64,000 nt of DNA from Mytilus edulis (taxonomy: Eukaryota), in contig NC_092349.1 in NCBI RefSeq assembly GCF_963676685.1, positions 77,500,001 through 77,564,000 on the forward strand. The letters run 5' to 3'. Positions 29,545 through 43,149 of this stretch are shown here, piece after piece. The position numbers and the translations under genes are program-made. Under the pieces are notes generated by a model that did not search any database, was not told where the DNA came from, and worked only from the letters and a program-made list of their open reading frames with translations. Each line of letters starts with the position of its first letter. Within the stretch, counting starts at the first letter, position 1.

Positions 29545-30066
29545 AAAAGAGGGACGAAAGATACCAAAGGGACAGTCAAACTCATAAATCCAAAACAAAC
29601 TGACAACGCCATGGCTAAAAATGAAAAAGACAAACAGAAAAACAATAGTACACACGACACAACATAGAAAACTAAAGAATAAACAACACGAACCCCACCA
29701 AAAACTAGGGGTGATCTCAGGTGCTCCGGAAGGGTAAGCAGATCCTGCTCCACATGTGGCACCCGTCGTGTTGCTTATGTGATTACAAATCCGGTAAATA
29801 GTCTAATTCGGTAGGTCATATTCATGAAAGGGAAGGGGATTGTAGTTACGACGTAAGGAACATATCCGATATCATTTGTGAAACGGTTATTCCATAACGG
29901 TCAACCAACTCGTGATGGCGTCCGTAAAATTTACGAAGGGATGATTTCAACTTCACCATTTGGAACTCTTGGTTTAATAGCTTCCTTGTGAGCAGCAAAC
30001 CTCTATCAAGAAAATCATGATAGGAAATGCAAGCACGGGAATATCGTATCAATTGGGAGATATATA
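29545..30066 (-). mobile_element. 5'-truncated Penelope-like retroelement: RT C-terminus plus 3' UTR
   Basis: Minus-strand peptide YISQLIRYSRACISYHDFLDRGLLLTRKLLNQEFQMVKLKSSLRKFYGRHHELVDRY resembles the RT C-terminus of invertebrate Penelope-like (Naiad-type) elements; followed by a GC-rich 3' UTR (ccggagcacctgagatcacccc). A relic of the same UTR lies at ~4258-4293. Confidence 0.8.
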
Positions 30067-33000
30067 GTTTCAACAGTTGAAAAGTTGCGGCATCATCTTG
30101 AAAACTTAAAATATTCGATGGAAGGTCGTTATAAATAACCTGGATATTGATCCAATGTCCTTAATTACAAAAAAAATAAAGCTAGCAAAATACACAAGGA
30201 TTGAAAATTAAAAATATTCATCTTCCAAGTTGGCCGAGACATTTTTTGTTTTGAACAGGATTAAGAATATATTGTGTATGCGTTCAGTTTTTTACTTGCT
30301 TGTTACTTGGAGAAAAAGAACGAATTCCTGTTTAAGGATCATGAATGAAGCCTCGGTTGTCCCATCGTGTTCGTGTTATTGATCCTTTGTTAGTTCAAAT
30401 TTCTGCTTTGTGTTTGTTATCAATAGGCTTTTCTGTCCTTGTTTAATATATATGGTTTCTGATTGACCCTTATATATTCAAACTTTCCTAATGATTAATG
30501 TGCTTTATCAAACATTAATGGTATGTTTCATTAATTGTTTAGCTTAACTTACTTTCACGTTTAAAACTAGAACACATGAAGAATTCCTCTACAACTTCTA
30601 TGATGCGTTTCTCTTTATAGCGCAATGTTGCATATGTAGAATAAATTCAAAACTTCACAGTAATAAAATTCAATTAAGCTAATAACCTGCATTTTCTTCT
30701 TCATTTCTTTTTCGTAATCATGTCATTGATTTAAAAACTTTCATTGAATCATTTCTTCACTGATAGTGTTATAAGAATTGATTGTTTTTATATCACTAAT
30801 TGATTGTCAATTGTTTCAGCTTCAGTGTTTAAGAGTAAGGAATTAATTTGTATTGAGACAATAAATTGTAGTATCAATATCCACAGATATGAAGTATCAT
30901 CTGTGAGTAATTCAATTATCAAATTAGATTTATTCAGGAAGGAAATCTTGTGTTAAACGATAGCGGATATGAGTACATGAACATTTTGAGTAAACGAGTC
31001 GCAATAAAGGGCTAACAAACAGAATACTCTTGATGTTCAAAAGGCTTAATACCAGAAATAAATTGATTACAATACATTTGCTGTATACCCGTTAAAGATA
31101 TTTAAAAATGAACAACTGAGTAGACGAACGAAGACCATAATTCAGTCGTGAAGATTAGAGTTGCTGTGTTGCACAAATTAAACATTTATTGCGTTTTTAT
31201 AGCTGTTTTTCACTGACTATGCCATTCTTGTTTATTAAACTAAGTAAACTATATTCAAATAAAGGCAACAGTAGTATACCGCTGTTCGAAATTCATAAAT
31301 CGATAGAGAAAAAAACAGTTTGATGATTTACGAAATTGTATGTAATAATATATCCATTTGGACAAACGTGGCGTTCTTTCCTACAAGAATTAAATTGCTG
31401 GAAGATCTAAGTTCTGAAAAGTTGGTAAGTATTTAAGGACAGGACATTTCGACAATTAATGAAAATAATGCCATATTTGATTGGGATAAAAAAAAGTTGC
31501 AACAAGCCATTTTGTGTTACTTCTCTCTGTTTATGCGTAAAAAAAACAAGCTCAACAAACAAGTAAAAAAAACGATACATTTTGATATATACTTTATATA
31601 AAAAGAAGATGTGATATGATTGTCAATGAGACAACTATCCACCGGATGCCAGGATACACAATAATTATCAACCACGGGTCCCCGTACGGCCTTCAATCTT
31701 TTGCCATTTTGATTTCATACTCTATATATTTTTTTTTATATCAAACAATCTCAACAAACAAGTAAACTAATGGAACATTTTCAAAGATTCTTTATATAAA
31801 AGTAGATGTTGTATGATTGTCAATGAGACAACTATCCAACAGACACAAAGTGACGCAGAATTTATCAATCATGGGTCATTGTACGGCCTTCATAGTTCAA
31901 TTTTGTATTTTGGTTCCATAGCAGAACATAAGAAGGTTTTATGACTCTTTAAAGTAAGGTTGTACATTTGTTCTTAAACAAAATACTAGTTATACTTAAT
32001 GAAACTGTCATCACTTTTCTTTAATCTAAAATGATGAGAACAATGTCAGTTCTCCGGTCATATTGCTTGCTTATAATCACTGATTGCTTTGGTCTCTCAA
32101 GATTTTAACGAATTTAATCAAGAAAGTGTTTTCTTGCAATTGTATGAAACAATAAAATCTGCAAAATAATCGAATTTAGAACATCAGTAGTGATAAACCC
32201 TAATAATACTGGCATGAAAACGTCAGACGTCCTCAAGTACCGATTTAATTGGTTGTTTAGTACAGATTTTAACACTGGTTGTATGGTATAATCACTGTAC
32301 TACTATATTTATTAAGCTATCGGATTTAGCTATGTAGACTTCTTTTGATATCTGCAACGAATGGAATTTTTGGTTTGTCTTGTGGTAAATAAATGCAACA
32401 GTAGTGTACTGGTGTTTAAAAGTCATAAAAAGTCATGGTAAAAAAGGAAAAACAACAAATGCCCTCAACTTCAATTCCAACAAATAAGTGCATATATGAT
32501 ATATACACCGTTTGACGATTTAAGCCACAATATCCAAGAAATGTTCTCCTTATTTATCAAAAAGCATCCCAACCTTATTCAGAAACAATAACTGTTACAT
32601 GTGTAACCGGATTAGTTATTTCTTTACGATAAAACAGATGATTTGATATTTGTTTAATCAACGTTTGTGAAAAAAGTTGCAATATTTAGAAGAAATAGTA
32701 TTTAGATAAAATCGTACTAGTATGTCAGTATAATCTCGTGTACATTTTTTAAATGATCGAAATGCGTACTCTTTATTGCAGCATAAACAATATAACTCAT
32801 TATAGAAAAGATTCTAATTATATTGGAAAGGTATGCCTTCGTCGCAAGGGGTGTCAACTTGTCTTTCGGAAATGAATAAATTCAAACCACTTCAGACTAT
32901 GGCCGTATAAAATAGTTCTCTGTAAAGCAAAAATGCCATCGTTCTCTGAACAATGACAAAAGTTGCAATGACTGATTGTATTTGTTACAGTAGATGGTAT

Positions 33001-36000
33001 GATGCAAACTAAATTCTATCCCAATCAAACATGTCATCCTTTTCATTGGCTGACGAAACTTTTTGTCCTTCAATATTTACCAACTTTCCAGAACTTTGAT
33101 CTTATATATTTGTTATTACTTAATATATATGAAATATTTGTCAAAGAACGTTTACAAATAACCATAATCGATCAAATATTTTTTGTAAAGTTGCGCTCCT
33201 TACGAAATCAAAGATCTTAGAGGTCGACACTGTTAAGATTAAAAAGCAAACAGTAATAAATTTTCTTATATCCTATAAAAAGCTACCCACTTCTTTGTCA
33301 AATAAAACCTACAAAACAAAATAAAGGATTATAGGTAAAAAGAATTAGTAATCTAAATGGGTGTATCAAAGATACATTCTACCTTTGAATAATTTGTCAA
33401 CAAGTAAAACAATTTATAAAGATTTATTGGAGTAAATCTGTCGATAGTTTAACATTGGGTTATCTATCATATGTAATTTAAAATTACGTACGCATATAAG
33501 TATATATTTTATCAGCTTTATTGGGGAAATTACAAATTGTGAAGCACTTATAGTGGGTGCCAATAAAAAAGAACTCTTCAACTGCTGAATTTTATTTAAT
33601 TCTAATGACATTATTACATCAACTGCATCATAAACACGTCAACACATGCACTTGACGTTCCAGTACATGACATGATCTTGCTCGCTTAGATTTTTTCTGA
33701 ACACTGCATAAAATTAAAATGAAATACAATAGAACTTGAGTCATATAATTATAGACATATCCAATAAATATATTCCCAAACCCCTTTGACTCAAGAATTA
33801 TGATATCAGCATTCATTGATTTTCAGTTGCAAAGAAGGCCAATATAATGAGTATTTTGATTTTTTAACCTCCAGCGTAAATTTTTCTCGACTCAGATCAA
33901 GTTATTAGGATAAAAACTCGTAAAAAGCTTTGTACTATACCATATGCTGAGTTGGAATTAATAGTAAAATTCAGGAATGCAAAATTTTCTTTATGAAAAC
34001 TACTTTTGACTGAAAATTAAGATATTGCATTAGAACGTTATATTTGTGTACAAAAATAAAAGGAAAACAAAACAGCGTCCTTGAATGAGGTATCAACCTA
34101 GCGTTTCAACAAAACATGTAACACAATGCATCAAATATTACTTATAAACTTACACGATGATTGACACGTCTAATGTCCAAAAACAATTCATCAAAAATAA
34201 GATACAATAACACTTTTTAGAAGATATATAGTCATAAATTTACCGAATTGATTTTTTTTTTAATTAAATGAACTCAGATATCATGAAGTCTAACATTTTA
34301 AATTTATAGATATATAGATACGATGATAAAATATGATATGATATACCATATCAAATATGCAATTTATGAAAACAATTCTATAGACATTTAAAAAAACGTG
34401 TTAAAAAGTTCAAGAACATCTAATTGATAAGGTATTAAGTTTAAGAACCATCTGCTTATCACTTTGGTCAAATATCAATCGTTCTGTATTACGATACAAA
34501 CCCAATGCATTCTAGTGATTTTTTTCTATGAAATTAAATGTATAAATAGAGATGGCACGCCCACCAAATGTTTTATATCATTAGGATAATCATTATAATT
34601 TATTTTCAGCAGACTTTTTTTTTATTTTAAGACTTATTTTATTGTACTTATAGCAATATACAACGTCGGGTCTTCGGTTTGTACATGTAGAAACAAGGTA
34701 TGTGTTCAGAGAAAACTATTTTCCGTGCACGTTACAGAATAAGGCTCGCATATACCTTCCTGATTACATGAATTTCCGAGTCTGGTCAATATGCCTAACT
34801 TATGTCGATAAATTTACATTTTGGATCCGACGAGTTGAAATAGTTTTGTCTTATATACATTCATGTCATTTATAAATATTTGACATTAACATGATTAATA
34901 TGCAGCATGTATAAACAAACAATCGATCTATTCTGTACCAAGTCAGAAATATGACAGTTGTTATCCATTCGTTTGATGTGTTTGAACTTTTGAATTTGCC
35001 ATCTGATTTGGGACTTTCCTTTTTGAATTACCTCGGAGTTCAGTATTTTTGAGTTTTTACTTTTTTCTATGTACAAATATGTGTTTTTTGAAAATTGTGT
35101 GTTAGTTTCCCGCTCTTGTACCAATATAAATAAGACCATGTAAATTTTCGAAATAAATAAATAACATTCAAACTGTTACATAATCTTTCACCTAAATTAT
35201 ACACGTTCTTGAACATTTGACTATGGTATTAGTTACCTTAGTAAGTTCTTTGTTGATCGAACTAATAGAAAACATCACTGTATGCTATATTTCTATTTAG
35301 ATTTAGTCTAGACGGTATGATGTTTATATCAGTACATGAAGTACTTTCGGTTAGCCGCGGTTCATAAGTTATGTGTATTTGTATATACTGATACAGTATT
35401 TTCTGCTGCATGGGTGATATATGAAAGTGGAGGATTAGTTGCTAAAACAATAGTCTAACCCAGGACCATTATAGTGTACCGTATATGTTTTTGCGTGTGG
35501 GTTCTTGTTGATATTGGCTGCTGTTAGTTTGCCTTATAAAGCTAACATCCGTATAATAAATAAAAATAATCCAACCTTATGTTCTAGGGATTTGAAACCT
35601 CCATTATTAAATTAAAATAACTAAAAGCCCATAAGATTCTACAAATCACATTAAAATTTTAAAAAATCTAAAATGTATGCATACTTACGAATTAAGCAGT
35701 GGAATACTATTTTTAAATGGAAAAGCACACGGCATATGACACGTGCAAAATAATGGTATTGCTAACAAAAGTCCATGCACACACGGGTTATTTAATTATC
35801 CTTTAATAGTGAATGTCTTGTTTGCGATGATGTTTAAGTCAGGGTGTTTATTTCCTATCCACAACGTCTATAGTTTATAATATATGTACTTCCATAAAGA
35901 TACAAGATGCACAATTATAATAAATCTACATTGCTTATCTACAATTTATGTTCATAAAGAAGAATTCAATTTCTACCCACATGTACGTTGAACGTCCACC

Positions 36001-39000
36001 CGTATATAAATCCTAAATAGACATTCATTCTATAGATATGGATGCTCTTTATTTCATTCCGAGGATTGTTGCCTAACTTTTATGATTATTTATGAATTTA
36101 CTATCAATAATCTTATTTACACAACAATCTTAATGTCTCTGTCTTGATTATATTTAGATGACCCACGTCACGTTAGTATTTTTGTCCGATTAAAACCGTT
36201 TTAAGCGTGATTTTTTAATCACTTTATTCAATTACTAACGAAAACTTCGCCATATCATTGCTCCACACTATTAGTTTTATGAAGTGCATTTAAAAACCTT
36301 AAATGTCAATTTGAATATAAGCTAATTTAGCAATTTAAAATTTTGTTTCATTTAGAATTTTAAAGGGCATATTTTTCTTAAGAAGACTTTTGATAACTCT
36401 CGAGAGACGACTTTTATCTTTCAATTGTGTTTACTTAGAAGTTCAATGATTATGCTAATCTTTTAGTATTTTTAAAAGATGGACAAGTTTAAGGTTCTTA
36501 GGTGCCTATCAAATTTCCTAAGAGTACATAATCTAACATAATATACCCTTCTTTTCTTAATTTGATCAATAATGGCCCATTTCTACGGAAGCCGGTACGT
36601 GTCATGGGAAATGTTTTATTTCGTAAACTAGTTACTAAGTCGTCAAAATATCTCCCATAGTATTTCCGTACATTTCCTTTTTGAGAAAGGTAAAAATAAT
36701 GTTTTAACACATGGTAAAGTTAAGATGGAAAAAAATGTATAAAGCATTGACAATTCTCAGAACATAAACAACACTGAGTAAAAAAAGGGCATCATGTCCC
36801 GAAATTGGGTAGTACAATATTACTTAATTTAATGTCAATGTGCAGGCTTTTCGTACAATTGTACCCTTTGTCTATTTTCTTAGAACAATATCTTTTCAGA
36901 TGATCTCTTACAAAAAAATTAATTGGTAAAATTAGGATTTTTGTATTAGATTTGGACAACTTAATACATTTCCCTCAAAAAGAGTTTGATGTTGGCCCAT
37001 GACTATATATCCTATAAAAAGTGTAGGTGTATTTCATTTTGATTAATTGTTTTGGACATTAAACTTGCCAACCTACATGTAGGTCAGTAAGTACTATTTG
37101 ATGCATTGTTTTATGGACATTTATTTCGTGTTATGAGGGGTTGCTACCTCATTGACGCTTATTTAATAGTACTGCTATTGGTTTCTATAAATATAACTTA
37201 CTATTGCACTACCGTAACTATGAGTCAAATGCAGTTTCCAAAAAGTAATTTTTGCAAAGCCTGAATTTTACTTTTAACAACAATTCAGCATGTGGGTCTA
37301 GTACAAAGTTTTTACCGCGAGTTTATATATTTAAAAGAGCTTGCTCTCGGTCAGAGTATGAATGTAATATTTTTCGCTTGAAGTTAGACAATCACAATAC
37401 TCATTATCTTTGCAAGTGCCAACTGAAAATAAATGAAGGCTGATATCCTCCGGCCTCACCCCCTTTTAATTTTACTAACCTATTATGGATCCGTAGGGGG
37501 TCAGTAGCGAACCATATAACTTATACTAATTGTTTGCGCTGATCAGTAAAATTTGAAAATATAAGCGAGCAAGGTTATTTCAGATACTTGAACGTCAAGT
37601 GCATGTGTTGACATTTTTATGATGCAGTTGATGTAATAATGTCAGTACAACTAAATAAAAATTCAACAGTTGAAAATGTTTTCTTTATTGACACCCACCA
37701 AAAGTTCTTCAGAACTGGTTAGTTCTCCAGTAGATCTGATAATAGATATTAAATATGCAAATCGACCATTAAACTTTCGAATAAGCATCTATACCATAGC
37801 TCTTTTAATGACTATGAATGATACTTCTCCGTGACGGATCAATGTTTTTCTTGAGAGAGGGACAATGAGAATTTTGAAATCTTAATTTTGTAATAAGTTT
37901 TATGTGGTTTTTGATGAAAAATTTGATCTCGTAAACGGACCTCAAGGGATTAAAATTACCAACATCGCAGTCTGCCAAGACAGCTTAAACTTTTTAATAA
38001 AATCTGTCACTTTATTGATAGGTTTTTGTATGTCATTATTTGTATATATTCCCTGTAATCATGTGACATACTGTAGATAGTAAAGATCAGTCATTCATAC
38101 TTATATACTTTTACATGATTAGTCTTATTTGTTTCTGTTTAACATCTACATATGTCCAGAGCCGGACTTATTTCTACTTAATCACTGGAATAATTTCAAT
38201 TAAAAAACCATGATATGATTTCACATATGAATACTCACAGAATCACATTTTTACATCAAAACTAGAAAATGTAAAAATTATTCAAAGCTGAAACCAAGGT
38301 TGAAATCGTTTGGTTCATCGAATAGGAGATTATAATTTACTGCTCTGTGTTATATACATACAAATTATTCATTAAATCAGGGGTAAATATATTTCAGTGA
38401 TGATTCGCGATGGGGAGCAGTTAATATTCATGAATAGTTGCATGGACCATTTAACACATTCTGCCACTTTGGTATATTTAACACAGTTCTTAAGGTCTAC
38501 GATATCATATATTAGGAGTCATCAAAAAAATCTCTTCAATTTTAAAATAAAAGTATGAAAATATATGGACTTTTACACTATCACTCTGTATCAACATCGT
38601 TTATCAATCATTGTTATATTAGTGTTATTACTGTCTTCATCATTATTGAGGTAAAGTAGGAGAAGGAACAAACGTTTGCCCTACATTGACTTTGAATAGA
38701 ATTCTCAATAAATGTACTGTCATGGCCCGTCAGTTCATACATAAGATGATGTCGTTTGAAAACTACCTTATACATATATGATTGATGATATTTTGTGGAA
38801 ACTGATGTTTTGTGTACCTTAATCGAAAGTCATACAAATCTAAGTGAACACCGTACAAACATCAATGTTAAATATTGTCAAAAGTCAAACGTATTTAGAC
38901 AGAATACAAACAAAATGGGGTGAATGGAAAATATATATTAAAATATAGAGGGGTAAGCACATTCTGCTGCAGAAGAAACATCTGTCGTATTGACAATTTG

Positions 39001-39229
39001 TCAACAATCATGTCTTACGATTGAGTTAGTATAAAACCCGGCGAGATAGTTAAAAGTACACATTTTTATGGTATTTTATCACCGGATTCCGAATTTTAGG
39101 AAGCGGGACCTTAGGTTACTTGTTATAGAAGGAAAGTCGGAGACTTTTTTTTTTTTTATTTGTTTGCCATTCGTGATATTTAAACTATTTTACAAATATA
39201 TATATGCTAGTTCAATCTATACTTCACAT

Positions 39230-39527
39230 TAAAATGACATATTTTGATTGGCTAATACGAGGGTGTTAATTTACTCTATCGCATGGCTGAGCGGGTGACA
39301 TGATCTTTTTCTAATGTTACCCTCTCCTCTATACCTAATACCCGTAACGTTTTTATGTAAGTGACGTCATAGAAAATACTTTAAAAATAAAATTAATCTG
39401 TAAAAGACAATAAGGATAAGACGTTCAGTATGTAATAAATTAAATAACACATAGCTCAGAGGGTGTTAGAGCAGATTGGTACCCCTTGAAAAAGCATTGT
39501 AAACCTTGGATTTGCCGCCGTTGACAA
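39230..39527. mobile_element. Left part of a palindromic non-autonomous element split by the YR retrotransposon
   Basis: 39441-39477 matches the reverse complement of 45322-45358 at 34/37 nt; local symmetry centre ttgtaaac...gttgacaa at 39497-39527; related motif atggctgagcgggtgaca upstream at ~39283. Confidence 0.65.
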
Positions 39528-40469
39528 AAGGATTTAAAATCTACAATTTTAAAGCCCGTTATCCATTGGGTACAAACTCGAAGATTTTAATTTGGGCAGG
39601 TGGTGGTTCACTGTTGGGTATTTAACATTTGTGTTTATTAGTTTGATCGCAACCTCGCTTTGGTCTTTTCGAAATACGTCGGCAAGATTGCAGCAGACGA
39701 AAATTGGACGAGAAAATAATCTTCTTAAAAAAGTTGAAATAACACCTGAAATAGGTTTGATAAAGGGTTATAAGTTTATTTTGATATACGATAAAGACGG
39801 ATTGATATCGATTTAATCCCGATGTCTTGAAATTTTAGTTAAAAACGACATTTAAAAACATACAAAAATTTAATGTGCAAATGAATGTCGAATTTAAGTA
39901 AACGGTCACAGCCAAAAATAAATCAAACCAAGATTGTGTTAGACATTATATTTTTATGCAATTTGAAAATGTGAAGGAATTTATAACTGTTATTGCCGTA
40001 CTTTAGTGATATAAGGGGTTTTCAAATCAACCAAATATTTTCACAATGAAATTTTGAAATAGCTTATTGTCAGCATATAAATTGATGCAGTCGATAACTT
40101 AGTTCATCTAAATACAGGACAAAAATGAGCAAAAAGTTGAGTGTTTCGACTCTATTTATTGACAAACTTGTAATGACAAACTTCCGGTTAACGGTGAGCA
40201 TAAAAACCGGAACCGGCTTTGATAAACTCGTATGTTTCGGATTTGCACAAATGGCAAAACAATCATTTTAGTAAGTAGTAATTGATTCTTAGTTTATATA
40301 TCCTGAGAATAACACGAAAGAGCAAACTATAGGCATATAATCGGAGAGAGATTTGTGAAATACGTATGTTTTTGGATATTCACTTTTAATATTTTATATA
40401 TACATGTATATATAAGGTAAAGCACATGTATTTGAATGAAGATAACACATACACTTAAAGTTTCAGATC

Positions 40470-41564
40470 ATGTATAGGAGGTCCGGCAGAAAAAGGGTGC
40501 CGACAAGCAGGGCAAATAATGGAGGCGCAGCGGCTGCTGCAAAGAAGTCGAAACAGCAACAGGAAGAGGCGACTGCTAATATTGCAGATAGATTACCTAG
40601 AACAAGTGGAACACCACCTGTACAGCTCGGCTCAAAAACAGTGACAACTAATGTACTACCACACAGTCCAATAATGATCCCAGCAACACTGCCAGCAGAA
40701 ACAATTTACCCTGCTCCAGGTAATACAACATTACACCAACCCCTAATTAACACAGGTTATGCCTTACCCATTGAAACGGTTAAGGCGTCAGATGACATAG
40801 CGCGAAACGTATCGCAAAATGTCAAACAAAAAGTAATAAATGGGGAATATGTAGATATGGGCAGTTTGTTAAATAATTCACAAAACATAACAGGAGTGAA
40901 TCAAACACTTACATTTAATCAGGGACAGATTATATTACAACCTAAGCAACAGGATACAAGAATTAACACAATAGGTATATGGACGGATGCCTTTTTAATA
41001 TATATCAGTATTTATTGTACTATACATACATCTCAGTTCCAAGAACTGTTGAAGTATATGCAAACTGTCAGGTTAGGGGCTAAACGCTATGCAGGTTTAG
41101 GATGGAAATTGTATGATGAACAGTTTAGACTACGTAGATCACAGGAGCCTGCTGGATCCTGGTCTGTCATAGACACTGAGCTATGGTTATTGTATATGCA
41201 ACCAGCAGGTCCAATTAATGGGCCAGAGTTCAATATTGCACAAAAACCAACAAACAATTTTCTTAAATGCTATGCATATAATTATAATGGGACGTGCACC
41301 CAACCATATTGCACATACAAACATGCTTGTTTAAAATGCAGTGGGGTACATCCGGTTATATATTGCACTAATAGCAAAGTGACTAACTCTAATAATCCTC
41401 AGTCACCTGGGATTGTTCAGAGATTCAGATCAGCCCGGCCTCAAGCACCACAAAAAACAGCATCTAATTTTCAACCCTTTGCACCTAGGCAAATGCAAAA
41501 TAACACAAGATTCCGTTCTCCTGGAGCATTTATGGGACAAAGGCAAAACCCCAGTCAAAATTAA
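40470..41564 (+). CDS. gag: ORF1, gag-like protein with C-terminal Cys/His knuckle
   Basis: 364 aa; KQKVINGEYVDMGSLL, WTDAFLIY and GWKLYDEQFR blocks typical of YR-retrotransposon ORF1; CYAYNYNGTCTQPYCTYKHACLKCSGVHPVIYC zinc-binding cluster. Confidence 0.88.
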   Translation: MYRRSGRKRVPTSRANNGGAAAAAKKSKQQQEEATANIADRLPRTSGTPPVQLGSKTVTTNVLPHSPIMIPATLPAETIYPAPGNTTLHQPLINTGYALPIETVKASDDIARNVSQNVKQKVINGEYVDMGSLLNNSQNITGVNQTLTFNQGQIILQPKQQDTRINTIGIWTDAFLIYISIYCTIHTSQFQELLKYMQTVRLGAKRYAGLGWKLYDEQFRLRRSQEPAGSWSVIDTELWLLYMQPAGPINGPEFNIAQKPTNNFLKCYAYNYNGTCTQPYCTYKHACLKCSGVHPVIYCTNSKVTNSNNPQSPGIVQRFRSARPQAPQKTASNFQPFAPRQMQNNTRFRSPGAFMGQRQNPSQN

Positions 41565-43149
41565 ATCTTTAAGAGAATTACTGTCAAATTATGAAAACAA
41601 AACTGATGCAGCAATGTTATTATTGGGATTTATAGAGGGGTTTAGATTAAACTATACTGGTCCAAGGATCTCGAGTTTTGCAAGCAATCTCATTTCGGCA
41701 GAAGTTCACAAAACTGAAACGAATTTAAAATTACAAAAAGAAGTGCATCTTGGTAGAATGTTGGGCCCCTTTTCAAAAATACCAATTTCAACTTTAAGAA
41801 TATCTCCTATTGGGGTAGTTTCAAAAAATGACGGTGGATGGCGTCTTATAACTCACTTGTCATATCCTCTAAACTGGAGTGTGAATGATTTCATTGATCC
41901 AGAAATTTGTAAAGTAAAGTATTCTTCTTTTGATAAAGTGGTTGGGATGATCTCTGAATTAGGAAATAACGTGCTTTGCGCAAAAATGGACATTAGTCAG
42001 GCCTTTAGAATTTTATTGGTTCACCCAGCTGATTTTGACCTTCTGGGAATTTTCTTTGATGGGAAATATTATATTAATAAATGTCTGCCTGAAGGCTGTT
42101 CTATATCATGTGCCCTCTTTGAAAAATTTGCCACTTTTTTGCATAAAACAGTTGCATTGAAAGCTGGCATAGAGACTTTAGACCACTATTTGGATGACTT
42201 TTTCTTTGCTGGTGAAAGTTCAACGGATAATTGTACCATTTTGATGGACACTTTTAATGAAGTATGTAGGCAGCTAGGTGTTCCACTAGCAGAGAATAAA
42301 ACAGTAGGTCCTACCACATGTATCACATTTTTAGGCCTTGAAATTGACACAGTACTTATGTTGGTTAGAATCCCCCCTGAAAAACTGGATAAACTTAAAT
42401 TTATGCTTGATCAGGTCTTGTCGAAAAAGAAAATGGCACTGAAGGAACTTGAATCAATTACTGGTTTAATGGCATTTTGTTCAAGGGCTATTATATCAGC
42501 CCGTGCTTTTATTCGTCGTTTTTACGATTTGATAGCTTCAGTTAAGAATGGAAAGCCTTATTATACTGTCAGATTGAATTCAGAGGTCAAAGCAGATGCT
42601 AGAGTTTGGCTAAATTTTCTAGATCAATTCAATGGTCAGTGTTATTTTCCTGATAGATTTTGGTCGACTAATGAAAGTCTGGAATTATTCACTGATAGTG
42701 CAGGTAATGTTTTATTAGGTTGTGGAGCTTATTTTCAAGGTCACTGGGTACAATACCAGTGGCCAAGTAGTTGGGCTGATACTAGCATTTTATTGGATAT
42801 AACATGTTTGGAGCTTATTCCCATCGTGCTGTCGTTCATGATATGGGGTCGTTCATTTAGAAATAAAAAGATTCTGTTGAGAATAGATAATCAGGCATTA
42901 GTAAGCATTGTGAACAAAAGAACATCAAAATCAAAGAGAGTTATGATATTGATAAGACAACTAGTTTTTCTCACTATGAACAATAACATACAATTTAGGG
43001 CACAACATATTGAGGGTGAGCATAATGCAATCGCAGATGCTCTTTCTCGATTTCAGGAACAACGTTTTATGGACTTGGTCCCGAATGCAGACAGTTCTCC
43101 AGCAGCAATCCCACAAGAATTCCTGTCGATGATTTCAGAACTGAAATGA
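41413..43149 (+). CDS. pol: ORF2, reverse transcriptase-RNase H
   Basis: RT motifs WRLITHLS, KMDISQAFR, LPEGCSIS, YLDDFF and FLGLEID; RNase H motifs FTDSAG, LELIPI, IDNQ and ADALSR. Overlaps ORF1 by 152 nt. The listed start is TTG and the first ATG is at 41614, so the true start is uncertain. Confidence 0.95.
   Translation: MFRDSDQPGLKHHKKQHLIFNPLHLGKCKITQDSVLLEHLWDKGKTPVKIKSLRELLSNYENKTDAAMLLLGFIEGFRLNYTGPRISSFASNLISAEVHKTETNLKLQKEVHLGRMLGPFSKIPISTLRISPIGVVSKNDGGWRLITHLSYPLNWSVNDFIDPEICKVKYSSFDKVVGMISELGNNVLCAKMDISQAFRILLVHPADFDLLGIFFDGKYYINKCLPEGCSISCALFEKFATFLHKTVALKAGIETLDHYLDDFFFAGESSTDNCTILMDTFNEVCRQLGVPLAENKTVGPTTCITFLGLEIDTVLMLVRIPPEKLDKLKFMLDQVLSKKKMALKELESITGLMAFCSRAIISARAFIRRFYDLIASVKNGKPYYTVRLNSEVKADARVWLNFLDQFNGQCYFPDRFWSTNESLELFTDSAGNVLLGCGAYFQGHWVQYQWPSSWADTSILLDITCLELIPIVLSFMIWGRSFRNKKILLRIDNQALVSIVNKRTSKSKRVMILIRQLVFLTMNNNIQFRAQHIEGEHNAIADALSRFQEQRFMDLVPNADSSPAAIPQEFLSMISELK

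Noticed and set aside
29353-29762. ORFs 29353-29667 (+) and 29487-29762 (-)
   Set aside because: They run through the 3' UTR of the Penelope-like fragment and its flank; typical spurious repeat-derived ORFs.
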